Of a DNA stretch of 64,000 bases, positions 8,746 to 17,481 are shown piece by piece. Under the pieces are notes generated by a model. It was not told where the DNA came from. It saw nothing but the letters and a program-made list of their open reading frames with translations, and did not search any database. A program made the translations under genes and the position numbers. Source of the stretch: a bacterium (GTDB lineage: Bacteria > Orphanbacterota > Orphanbacteria > JBJXGV01). The stretch covers positions 13,154 through 77,153 of the forward strand of contig JBJXGV010000070.1 of the NCBI GenBank assembly GCA_046160485.1, given 5' to 3'. Numbering within the stretch: the stretch's first letter is position 1; each line of letters starts with the position of its first letter.

Positions 8746-10995
8746 ATGAGCTGCACGCGCACCGCTTGCTTTGCATCCGCTCTCGTCTTCGCCGTACTGC
8801 TTGCGCCGTCCACCCCGAGCGCGCAGGTCGTCCTCAACGAAATCCTACCGAACCCCGCCGGCGACGACGTCGGCACAGAACGCATCGAAATCGTGAATGC
8901 TGGGCCGACATCCGTCGACGTGACGGGATGGGCCATCGATGACGCCGCGACGATCGATGAAGTGGGCGTGCGCTGCCGGATCCCTGAAGACTTCGACACC
9001 TCGGTCTGCTCGGGAAGTGCCATCCTCGCGCCGGGAGAGTTTCGCGTCGTGAAGGGAACATCCACGGCCGCGTTTCTCAACAACAGCGGTGACGACGTCT
9101 ACCTCATCAAAGATCGCACGCTCGCGCCGGTCGTCGCCGACCTCGTTACGTATCCGAGCGCGGCTCTGCAAGTCGACATGACGTGGGGCGCGATTCCGAA
9201 CGGGTCCGAGAACTTCGCGTGGCGAACGAAGACGCTCTGCGGGTCGAACGGCGGAGCGGGCGACTTCATCGCGCCCTCGACGATCGCGGATCTCGCCGCG
9301 GTGTCGGGTGCGTACTCCGGCGAAGTGCGCCTCACGTGGACCGCGCCCGGCGACGACGGCATGACCGGCACCGCGAGCGCATACGAATTCAAGGTTGCCC
9401 TCTCGTCGATCAACGCGGGGAATTTCGACACCGCGACCGATCTCGAATTTTGGATCAACGCGCCGCTGCCGCAGGCCGCGGGCACCGCGGAAACGCTTGT
9501 TGTCTTCGGGCTCGATCCCGCGTTCACGTGGCACTTCGCGGTGAAGGCGGTCGATGACGCGGCGAACCTCGGCGCCGTCTCGAACAGCCCGAGCGCGCTG
9601 CCGCTTGCAGGCGCGCTCCCCGATCCGAATCTTGGCGGCAACGTCTACTTCGGAAATCTGCATGCGCACACCGGATACTCGGACGGGCAGCTCACGCCCG
9701 CCGACGCCTACAGCTTCGCGCGGAACACGGCGCCGACGCCGCTCGACTTCCTCGCGGTAACCGATCACAACCACGCCGGCGCGGGAATGTCGCTGCCGAA
9801 CTATTCGCTCGGGCTCGCGCAAGCTGCCGCGGCGAACGATGACGGCAACTTCGTCGCGATCTACGGGCAGGAGTGGGGATTCGCTTCGAACGGACACGTC
9901 AATATTCTGGAAGCGCCCGTGCTCTTCGGCTGGGAGGCCGGCAACTACGACGTATTCGTCGCGGAAGGCGACTACCCGAGCCTCTACACCGCCGCGCTCG
10001 CGAACCCGCCCGCTTCCTATCCGGTGGTTCTGCTCTGGTGTCATCCTGCGGCGAGCGACTTCGACAACCTCGCCGTCACGAGCGATGGATTGGCGGCGGT
10101 TCATCTCATGTGTCTTGTGAACGGTCCCGCGTTCTCGACCGCGACCGACGAAACCGACGTCGGCAACACGGGCTTCGACGATGTTTTCCACGAAGCGCTC
10201 CGCAAGGGATACCGCGTTTCGCCGACCGCCGACCAAGATAATCACAACGTTACGTGGGGTGCGTCGTCGCAGAGTCGTACCGCGGCGCACGCGAGCACCA
10301 AATCGAAGGCCGCGATTCTCGGCGCGCTCGCGGCCGGCAACAACTACGCGACTCAGGATCACAACGCGCGTGTCGACTTCACCGCGGACGGGCACGGAAT
10401 GGGCGAGGCGTTCACGGCGACGAGCGGCGTGCGAATCGCGGTGCGCGTGACGGACCCGGATGTCGGCGAGACGGTGTCGCTCATCGAACTCTTCCGCGGT
10501 ATCCAAGGTGTTTCATCCGCGGTCCGCGTCGCGTGGAACGCCGACAACAACGAGCTGCATTGGCGCGAGCTCGAAGAGTTCGCCGACGGGACCGAGGTGC
10601 ACTACACGCTGCGGATCCGTCAGGGCGACAATCACAGCATTTGGACCGGACCCGCGTACATCACCTATCAATCCGCGACGGGCGTTGCGGACGGAGCGAG
10701 CGCTCCGGCGTCGGCCATTCGCCTCGCTTCCCCCACGCCGAATCCGACGCGCGGCGCAACGCGCATGGCGTTCGCCTTGCCGCGCGACGTCGCCCGCGTG
10801 CGCGCGACGTTGTTCGACGTCGAGGGACGGTTGACGCGTGTCCTTCTCGACCGGCCGCTCGGCGCGGGCAATCACGAGGTCAGGTGGGACGGCGGCCTCG
10901 CGTCGGGCCGCCAGGCGCCGCCGGGCATCTACCTGCTCCGGCTCGATGCGGGCGACGAAGGATCCGCCACCGCGAAGATTCACCTGCTTCGCTAA
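8746..10995 (+). CDS. Secreted multidomain protein: signal peptide, lamin-tail domain, Fn3-like domain, PHP phosphoesterase domain, C-terminal FlgD-like/sorting-type beta-sandwich tail
   Basis: Start at internal Met (MSCTRTACFASALVFAVLLAPSTPSAQ signal). LTD motif VVLNEILPNPAGDD...ERIEIVN...VDVTGWAIDD; PHP motif YFGNLHAHTGYSDGQ...VTDHNH; C-terminal tail PPGIYLLRL. Confidence 0.75.
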   Translation: MSCTRTACFASALVFAVLLAPSTPSAQVVLNEILPNPAGDDVGTERIEIVNAGPTSVDVTGWAIDDAATIDEVGVRCRIPEDFDTSVCSGSAILAPGEFRVVKGTSTAAFLNNSGDDVYLIKDRTLAPVVADLVTYPSAALQVDMTWGAIPNGSENFAWRTKTLCGSNGGAGDFIAPSTIADLAAVSGAYSGEVRLTWTAPGDDGMTGTASAYEFKVALSSINAGNFDTATDLEFWINAPLPQAAGTAETLVVFGLDPAFTWHFAVKAVDDAANLGAVSNSPSALPLAGALPDPNLGGNVYFGNLHAHTGYSDGQLTPADAYSFARNTAPTPLDFLAVTDHNHAGAGMSLPNYSLGLAQAAAANDDGNFVAIYGQEWGFASNGHVNILEAPVLFGWEAGNYDVFVAEGDYPSLYTAALANPPASYPVVLLWCHPAASDFDNLAVTSDGLAAVHLMCLVNGPAFSTATDETDVGNTGFDDVFHEALRKGYRVSPTADQDNHNVTWGASSQSRTAAHASTKSKAAILGALAAGNNYATQDHNARVDFTADGHGMGEAFTATSGVRIAVRVTDPDVGETVSLIELFRGIQGVSSAVRVAWNADNNELHWRELEEFADGTEVHYTLRIRQGDNHSIWTGPAYITYQSATGVADGASAPASAIRLASPTPNPTRGATRMAFALPRDVARVRATLFDVEGRLTRVLLDRPLGAGNHEVRWDGGLASGRQAPPGIYLLRLDAGDEGSATAKIHLLR

Positions 10996-11004
10996 CGTAT
11001 CGCG

Positions 11005-12519
11005 TTGCCGCCGCTCGACACCATCACGCGCGAGCCGAAGGCGTCCGATCTCGACGCGGGCGCCGCGGGGCTCGTCCAGCGGATGCACGCCGTGATCGAG
11101 CAGCTTCACGTCGCGCGCGCGGAGCTCTCGCCCGATGCCGTGCACGACCTCCGCGTTGCGCTTCGCCGATGCCGATCGATCGCCGAAGGCGCCGGGGCGA
11201 TCGACTCGCATCGAAGCTGGCGGCGCCTTCGCCGTGCGAGCCGGTCGCTCTTCCGGCAGCTCGGCGCGCTGCGCGACGCTCACGTGATGGCGGAGTGGAT
11301 CGAGAAGCTTGCGCCCGCCGGCGATACCGCGCGCGAACGCCTCTCCGCGCAGATTCACGCACGCGAAGCCCAGCTCGCTCGGTCGGCGCGCGACGCCGTG
11401 TTCGAGTTCGACGACGCCGCGTGGCGCGCGCTCGCCGCGGTGGTCGCCGCGCGCGCGGAGAGGCTGCGCCCTGGCAGCGCCGTCTTCCGCCACCTTGCGC
11501 TCGAGCGCTGGACCGAGGCGCGTGCGCTTCACGATGCCGCCCTCGAAAGCGGCAGCGGTGAGGCGTTCCACGCGCTGCGCATCGGCGTGAAGCGATTTCG
11601 CTACACCGTCGAAAACTTTCTTCCTCGGAAATACGAGGTGTGGGCGAAGCAGTTCAAGCGCGTTCAGGACTCCCTCGGCGAGATGCACGACCTCGACCTG
11701 CTCTGGGGCGCCATCGCCGCCGCCGAGCCGCCGCTTTCCGACGAGGAGCTGGCCGAGTGGCGCGACGTGCTCAGCAACGAACTCGAATCGCGTCTCTCCG
11801 ACTACCACGAACGCATGAGTGGCGATGATTCTCTCTGGGCGGAGTGGCGGGACGGGCTGCCGGACGAAGGCGCGCTTCCCGCCGTTTCGTTCGCGCGCGT
11901 TGCGGCCTGGGCCGCGCTCCGCGACCCGGCTCCGCGCCACGCGCGCCGTGTCGCGAGGCTCGCCGTGGAAATCTTCGACGGCCTCGGCGCGCTCGAGCGA
12001 GCACATCCGTTCGGCGATCGACGATCCCGGCGGTCTCTGCGCGGGGCGGCGCTCGCGCATCACATCGGACGCGCGGGCGGCCGCAGCCGCCGCCACAAGC
12101 GCACCTATCGATTGCTCACCGAACTGCGCGCACCGCTCGGTTGGGAAGAAGATGAGATTCGCGCGGTGGCGATCATCGCGCGCTACTATCGCGGGTCAGA
12201 GCCGCATGCGTCCCATGCGGGCTTTCGCGATCTCGACGCCGCGGGCCGCACGGCGGTCTCCGCACTCGCGGGCGTCCTGCGCATCGCAGACGCGCTCGAC
12301 AGCCGGCACGACGGCGCGGTCGCGCATGTGCGCGTCGAGTCGGCGCCCCCCGCGATTCTCGTTCGAGCGTTCGGATACGAAGAGGACCAACGCACCGCGG
12401 CTCGCATGGGCGGCAGAAAGCGACTTCTCGAGTCCGTTCTCGGCCGTCCGATCGTGGTCTTGGGCGCGCAGCGCGACGAGTCGCCTGCCATTCGCGCCGG
12501 AGCGCGCCCTCCGCGCTAA
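11005..12519 (+). CDS. CHAD domain protein fused to a Ppx/GppA C-terminal (HD-like) domain
   Basis: CHAD signatures (VHDLRVALRRCRS; FHALRIGVKRFRY). C-terminal 200 aa align block by block with the C-terminal domain of the neighbouring Ppx (HARRVARLAVEIFDGL vs HAEHVRSLALSLFDQL; AIIARYYRGSEP vs ACLVRYHYKAEP). Confidence 0.75.
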   Translation: MPPLDTITREPKASDLDAGAAGLVQRMHAVIEQLHVARAELSPDAVHDLRVALRRCRSIAEGAGAIDSHRSWRRLRRASRSLFRQLGALRDAHVMAEWIEKLAPAGDTARERLSAQIHAREAQLARSARDAVFEFDDAAWRALAAVVAARAERLRPGSAVFRHLALERWTEARALHDAALESGSGEAFHALRIGVKRFRYTVENFLPRKYEVWAKQFKRVQDSLGEMHDLDLLWGAIAAAEPPLSDEELAEWRDVLSNELESRLSDYHERMSGDDSLWAEWRDGLPDEGALPAVSFARVAAWAALRDPAPRHARRVARLAVEIFDGLGALERAHPFGDRRSRRSLRGAALAHHIGRAGGRSRRHKRTYRLLTELRAPLGWEEDEIRAVAIIARYYRGSEPHASHAGFRDLDAAGRTAVSALAGVLRIADALDSRHDGAVAHVRVESAPPAILVRAFGYEEDQRTAARMGGRKRLLESVLGRPIVVLGAQRDESPAIRAGARPPR

Positions 12520-13013
12520 CGCGCCAACGCGCGCAGCATCTTTCCGGTAAGCAGCCAACCGATCGTCGCCTGCGGCGGGACGGCGGATTTCATTTCGAGG
12601 CACGCGATGCCGGCTTTCTTCAACGCGGTCGCCGCGCCCTTGGCACCCAGCGCGAGGGAGATCATCTCGTCGAGGTGCGTGGCATGGCCGAAACACGCGA
12701 CATCCTTGCCGTTGAGCTTCGCGATCTCCTGAAAGATCGCGCGCGGATTCGCGCACGGCTTGAGCGCCGCGGTCTTGCGAAGTGCCGACTTCGAAACGTC
12801 GAAGGCTGCGGCGAAAAGCTCGGCCGTCTCGAGCGCGCGCGTGTAGGGACTCGTAAGAAAGACCTCGGGCGCCGCGCCGAGCGCGCGGAAGCCGCGCGCT
12901 GCGGCTTGCGTTTTGAGGATTCCGTCCGCCGTCAACGCACGCGCCGGATCGGCGGGCGAAGCGGGGTCGTTCCGATCGATCGCGATTCCATGCCGCACGA
13001 CGTAGAGCCTCAT
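12516..13013 (-). CDS. sixA: Histidine phosphatase family protein (SixA-like phosphohistidine phosphatase)
   Basis: MRLYVVRHGIA N-terminal RHG motif, about 165 aa, conserved late His (CFGHATH). Confidence 0.7.
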   Translation of the reverse strand: MRLYVVRHGIAIDRNDPASPADPARALTADGILKTQAAARGFRALGAAPEVFLTSPYTRALETAELFAAAFDVSKSALRKTAALKPCANPRAIFQEIAKLNGKDVACFGHATHLDEMISLALGAKGAATALKKAGIACLEMKSAVPPQATIGWLLTGKMLRALAR

Positions 13014-13037
13014 GATTTCTGAAAATCCCCCTCGAGC

Positions 13038-14579
13038 CTAGTGGGCCGCCGCCGACTCGACGCGCACGACCACGCCGAATTCTTCTTCGAAGAGGCTCGC
13101 ACGCCGCGCAGCCTCATCGATCGATCGCCTTTCGGCTTTCGCCGGCGTCACGCGAATGACCACTTCGCCGCGAACGAACGCGACGTCGACCCGGCGAACG
13201 GCGCGACCCATGTCGACGTCGAGCGCGGACGCGAGGCGAAGAATCGCGGTGAGCCCGCGCACCTGATGTTGCCGCTCCGTATCGAGCCCTCCGTACACCT
13301 TGTGATCGGGCACCGGTTCCGCTTTGTAGTGATAGCGCACAAGACACGCGAGCATGTCGCGCCGCCATCCGTTGATGCCATCGATCTCGCCGTGGCGCAC
13401 GAGATATTCGCCGTGTTTGTGATGATCGCGATGGTTGACGAAGTGCCCCGCGTCGTGAAGAAGCGCGCCGAGCGACAAAACGACGCGCTCGTCGCGGCCC
13501 ATTCCGTGCAGCGGGCGGAGCTGATCGAAAAGCGAAAGCGCGAGCGATCGCACGTGCTCGGCGTGTTTCATGTCGCAGTGAAGCCGCCGCCCGAAGGCGC
13601 GCGCCTTCTCGAGAAGCAACCGCGAACGCGCGTCGTCCGGCCCGATCGCCGGCAGCGCGAAGTGGCCGCTTACGAGGTCGTCGAGCACGCCTTCGCGAAC
13701 GCCGACGCCGGGCACGAGCAACTCGCGCAGCGAGAGCATCCGCCCGAGAGTCGTGAATATGATCGCGGCGATTCCCATCACCTCGGCGCGGTCGCGGCGC
13801 ACATCGAAGAGCCGCATCCGTCCGCGAACGTCGTTCGAGAGAATCTGCGGGAGGCGGTTCGTCAGCACGCGAAGGCTCAGCGACGGGATGCCGTGCGGCC
13901 GCCGGCCCGGCGCGATCTGCGCGAGCGCTTCCGCGTTTCCGCCGCAGGCCACGACGACGGCGCGCGACAGGTCGCCTGCGCGAGAAAGATTGCGTCCGAT
14001 CTTCGCGACGATGCGGCGCTCGAGCGCGGCTCGCATCGCCGCGTCGATTTTGCCGGACACGTCGAACGTTTCCATAAGGCGCACGGTCCCGACCGGAAGC
14101 GTGACGCTCCGCTCGACGTCGCCGCCGCGCATCAGGTTCAGCTCCAAGCTCCCGCCGCCGAGATCCACGATCAATCGCGGCGCAAGATCTTCCCCCAGGC
14201 TCGCGCGCACGGCCGCGCGCACCAGGCGTGCTTCGTCATTGCCGCCGATGACCGTAAGCCGGATGCCCGACTCGCGCTGAATCCGGCGTAGGAGCGCGGC
14301 GCGATTCTTCGCCTCGCGCGTCGCCGAGGTCGCCACCGCGCGGTACTTCGTGACGTGATACCGGTTCATGAGCGCGCGGAAGTGGCAAAACGCCTTCGCT
14401 GCCGCGGCGATCGTCGCGCGGTCGAACGCACCATCCGTGAAGACGTTGTGCCCGAGCCGAACGGGGACGCGCTCCGTCTCGAGCACGCGGACGCGAAGCG
14501 GCGACTCGGCGCGGGCGATCAACAAGCGAATCGCGTTCGATCCGGCGTCGATCGTCGCGAACTGAACCGGTGCGTTCAC
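13038..14579 (-). CDS. ppx: Exopolyphosphatase / guanosine pentaphosphate phosphohydrolase (Ppx/GppA)
   Basis: GTG start at 14577-14579 (VNAPVQFATIDAGSNAIRLLIA); IVDLGGGSLEL actin-like fold motif; C-terminal LLHDAGHFVNHRDHHKH HD-like domain. The listed 747-aa ORF has a long shadow N-terminus. Confidence 0.8.
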   Translation of the reverse strand: MNAPVQFATIDAGSNAIRLLIARAESPLRVRVLETERVPVRLGHNVFTDGAFDRATIAAAAKAFCHFRALMNRYHVTKYRAVATSATREAKNRAALLRRIQRESGIRLTVIGGNDEARLVRAAVRASLGEDLAPRLIVDLGGGSLELNLMRGGDVERSVTLPVGTVRLMETFDVSGKIDAAMRAALERRIVAKIGRNLSRAGDLSRAVVVACGGNAEALAQIAPGRRPHGIPSLSLRVLTNRLPQILSNDVRGRMRLFDVRRDRAEVMGIAAIIFTTLGRMLSLRELLVPGVGVREGVLDDLVSGHFALPAIGPDDARSRLLLEKARAFGRRLHCDMKHAEHVRSLALSLFDQLRPLHGMGRDERVVLSLGALLHDAGHFVNHRDHHKHGEYLVRHGEIDGINGWRRDMLACLVRYHYKAEPVPDHKVYGGLDTERQHQVRGLTAILRLASALDVDMGRAVRRVDVAFVRGEVVIRVTPAKAERRSIDEAARRASLFEEEFGVVVRVESAAAH

Positions 14580-14581
14580 CC

Positions 14582-15349
14582 CTAGCGCCAAAGAGGAGCG
14601 AGCGCGGCCGAAGGCTGGTAGCGTGTTCTGCGAATGCCGAGGTGCTGCGCGATGCGGCGGCGAAGCCCGTTGTTGATCGCGCGAATCCCCAGCTCGCCGT
14701 CCATCTCCTCGAACTTGTGGCGCCGCGAGAGCGACTGGAACTGCGTGCGGACCAACTGCTGGTAACGGATAAACGAGCGATACAGATCGTTCGAGAGCGA
14801 CATATCGCGCCCCGCTTCCCAATAGCTGATGACGCTCGACTTCTTGAACTCGCGTTCGAACGCGGCTTGCGGGCCGACCTTGAGCCAGAACGTCAGGTCG
14901 GGGCGAAGCGCCATCGCGTAGAGGCCGTGCAGGTATTCGCGCGAAAGCCCGCGCACCGCGCTCCGCGCGATCAGCGAGTAGATGTAGCGGTCGGCGAGCA
15001 CGACCATTCCCGATCGAAGGGCCGGAATGATGCGGTGCTCGAGCTGATCGAAGAAGTCGGTGGCGTACATGAGCGCGAGCGTCAGGCGCGTGACGGCGTT
15101 TTCCGCGAGAAGGTTGTCGATGTCGCGCGCCACGAGATTCGAGCGCCGCAGTCCCATCGTCTGGACTGGAAACCCCTCGGACTCGAGCCACTCTTTCAGA
15201 AGCGCGATCTGGGTCGACCGCCCGGAGCCGTCCGTCCCTTCGATGACGATCAGAGAGCCCGACAGCTCTTCGGGTGCGCACCCGGGAAGCACGGTTCCGT
15301 AGAAGCGTGTCGCCTCGACCGACGCCGCCTTTCGCTTTCGCGTCGTCAT
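14582..15349 (-). CDS. Thymidylate kinase-like P-loop kinase (paralog 1)
   Basis: Start at internal Met (MTTRKRK); LIVIEGTDGSGRSTQ P-loop and VLADRYIYS (DRY) motif. Confidence 0.7.
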   Translation of the reverse strand: MTTRKRKAASVEATRFYGTVLPGCAPEELSGSLIVIEGTDGSGRSTQIALLKEWLESEGFPVQTMGLRRSNLVARDIDNLLAENAVTRLTLALMYATDFFDQLEHRIIPALRSGMVVLADRYIYSLIARSAVRGLSREYLHGLYAMALRPDLTFWLKVGPQAAFEREFKKSSVISYWEAGRDMSLSNDLYRSFIRYQQLVRTQFQSLSRRHKFEEMDGELGIRAINNGLRRRIAQHLGIRRTRYQPSAALAPLWR

Positions 15350-16077
15350 CGGCGCGGACCGAACCGGCTCAGATCGATTCGCGTTGCGACCTTCGCCCGC
15401 ATATCTTCTTGCAGTTTGTTCACGGGCAACGTGCCGTCCATCAGCACGAAATTGTCGGTTGCGATCATCTGCTCGTACTCGTCCATGATCATTCCCTGGA
15501 AGCGGCGGAAACTTTCGCCGGGATCGAACGACAATCCCAAGTCCATCCCCGCCTCGTAGTGTTTGAGTTTCGGGCGCCCGCCGAGGATGCGATTGACCGC
15601 GACGTCGAGCGGCGCGCGGAAATAGAACGTGATATCGGGAATCGGCGCGAAGCCGTAGAGATTGCGAAGCCACGCCGTCGAGCAGCCGCGAGCCGAGTCG
15701 CGCGCGAACGCCGTGTAGATGTAGCGGTCCGCGAGCACGAGGTAGCCGCTCTGCAACAGCGGGAGAATCTGCCGCTCGCACCGGTCCGCGAAATCGGCGG
15801 AGTGCAGAAGCGAGAACGTGACGGGCGTCAGGAGCCGGCGGCGTTTTCCGCGCCGCGTCGCCGCCTTGACGAGCAGCGACGAATTCCACTCGGTGAAGTG
15901 AATCCGGTACCCCGAGATCTCGAGCCAGCGCTTCAGAAGATAAAGCTGCGTGCTCTTCCCGGAGCCGTCGATTCCTTCGACGACGATGAGCGCGCCAGGA
16001 TAGTCGCGGCCGCCCGTGTTCCGCGCACTGGCGCGGAGCGCCGCCGCGCGCGGCTCTTTTGCGAGGACGCGTGTCAT
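15346..16077 (-). CDS. Thymidylate kinase-like P-loop kinase (paralog 2)
   Basis: LIVVEGIDGSGKSTQ P-loop and LVLADRYIYT motif; 4-nt overlap with paralog 1. Confidence 0.7.
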   Translation of the reverse strand: MTRVLAKEPRAAALRASARNTGGRDYPGALIVVEGIDGSGKSTQLYLLKRWLEISGYRIHFTEWNSSLLVKAATRRGKRRRLLTPVTFSLLHSADFADRCERQILPLLQSGYLVLADRYIYTAFARDSARGCSTAWLRNLYGFAPIPDITFYFRAPLDVAVNRILGGRPKLKHYEAGMDLGLSFDPGESFRRFQGMIMDEYEQMIATDNFVLMDGTLPVNKLQEDMRAKVATRIDLSRFGPRR

Positions 16078-16213
16078 GACGGTGAGATTACACGCTGCAC
16101 AGCGAACGAGGGAAGCGATGAACGCGCCCCGAGTGTGACAATTCCGTGGTGGTGCGTGGCACCACGAGTGTGCAGAGGAATCGCGACGCGAGCGGCCATG
16201 GAGGCGAGCGCGG

Positions 16214-17419
16214 CTAAAGGCCGACGCGCGCGCGCTTGGCGAGAACGGATTCGGAAAGACACGGGCAATCTTGCAGGACCGAAAGCGTCACGGTCCTCCC
16301 GGAAGCAATCGTCGCAACGACCGTCACGGGCGCGCCGCTCCCGAGCTCGCGCGCCAGCTCCACGTCGCCTGTGGCCGTCGGCCGGAACGTCAGCGTCGCA
16401 ACGCCGCCGGAGAATCGCCCCTCGTCGATCGGGATCGGGCCATAGCGGATGTCGTCGTTCTCGAGTGTCACGCTGCCGTCGAGGATCGAACCTTCCTGCT
16501 CCGTGGCGATTCTCAGATCGTAGCTCTCGCCGGCGATCGTCGCGGGAATCGTGATCTCGAATTCGTCGTAGACACGCGCGGCCGTCCAGGACGTTCCGCC
16601 GGTGAAGCAGGTATCGATCACTCCGGCAACGTTCGTCTCCTGCCAGATGAAGAAGCGCACGACGCTCCCCTGATCGAGACGACCCGCGTAGCGAATCGGC
16701 GCGGCGCAACCGAGCGACTCCGCGAGCGCGCCCGTCGGATCGTCGGCGGGATCGACGATGAAGAAGATGGTGCTCGTGTCGGAGACGCCGCCTGTGACCA
16801 GCGGGAGCGTCGGCCCGATCGTCCCGCCCTGCGCGTTCCCGTACGTGATCTGAATGTTCCCGGTAAGCGACGCACCGTCTTGGATGAGGGAGAGCTCGCC
16901 GAGCATTCGCGAGCGCCCGAGCGGGCGGTCGAGCGGGCCCCGCGCGGTGAAGACCGGCGTTTCCAACGCCGCCGCGCCCGAGGCGACGAGGCACTGCTCG
17001 CTCGCGCAGTTCTGCGACACGCTCAAGAGCATCGTTTCGCGGTTCACGAGCGCGCCGTCGAATCGAACGGGCGCCGCGTTGCCGAACGCGTCGATCACCG
17101 CGACGATCGGCGGCGAGAACGGATCGATCGTGAACGAGAACCCAGCATCCGAGAGCGAACCCTGCGCGAGCGCGTACTCGCCGACCGGTTCGCGATTCTC
17201 GAGGACGATCAGTCGGCCGCCGATCGAGGTGTCGCGTTCCTCGAGCTCGAGGATCGCCTCCGTGCCATCGAGGTCCGTGATTTCCCAGCGGCCGGTGATG
17301 GAGTTCGAGGACTGCAGCGGGTCGCCGCTCTCGCCGCAGCCGAAGAGAAGCATGGCGACCGAAAGGACGAGAGGCGCGCGGATCGATCGCGCATTCGATG
17401 AGGACGCTCGCCAGATCAC
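16214..17419 (-). CDS. Hypothetical lipoprotein
   Basis: N-terminal signal with lipobox (LVLSVAMLLFGCGES); Thr/Gly/Ser-rich non-shadow composition; no recognised catalytic motif. Confidence 0.5.
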   Translation of the reverse strand: MIWRASSSNARSIRAPLVLSVAMLLFGCGESGDPLQSSNSITGRWEITDLDGTEAILELEERDTSIGGRLIVLENREPVGEYALAQGSLSDAGFSFTIDPFSPPIVAVIDAFGNAAPVRFDGALVNRETMLLSVSQNCASEQCLVASGAAALETPVFTARGPLDRPLGRSRMLGELSLIQDGASLTGNIQITYGNAQGGTIGPTLPLVTGGVSDTSTIFFIVDPADDPTGALAESLGCAAPIRYAGRLDQGSVVRFFIWQETNVAGVIDTCFTGGTSWTAARVYDEFEITIPATIAGESYDLRIATEQEGSILDGSVTLENDDIRYGPIPIDEGRFSGGVATLTFRPTATGDVELARELGSGAPVTVVATIASGRTVTLSVLQDCPCLSESVLAKRARVGL

Positions 17420-17481
17420 GGCGGCAGTCTACAAGGCGGGCGCGCCGCCCGCAATAACGAAGGTGCGCGCGCCGGGCCGAA

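Noticed and set aside
16078-16213. Possible hairpin (GTGGTGC-gtg-GCACCAC) between the tmk-like gene and the lipoprotein gene
   Set aside because: Not followed by a T-run on either strand, and GC-rich palindromes of this size occur by chance in this composition. Not called as a terminator.
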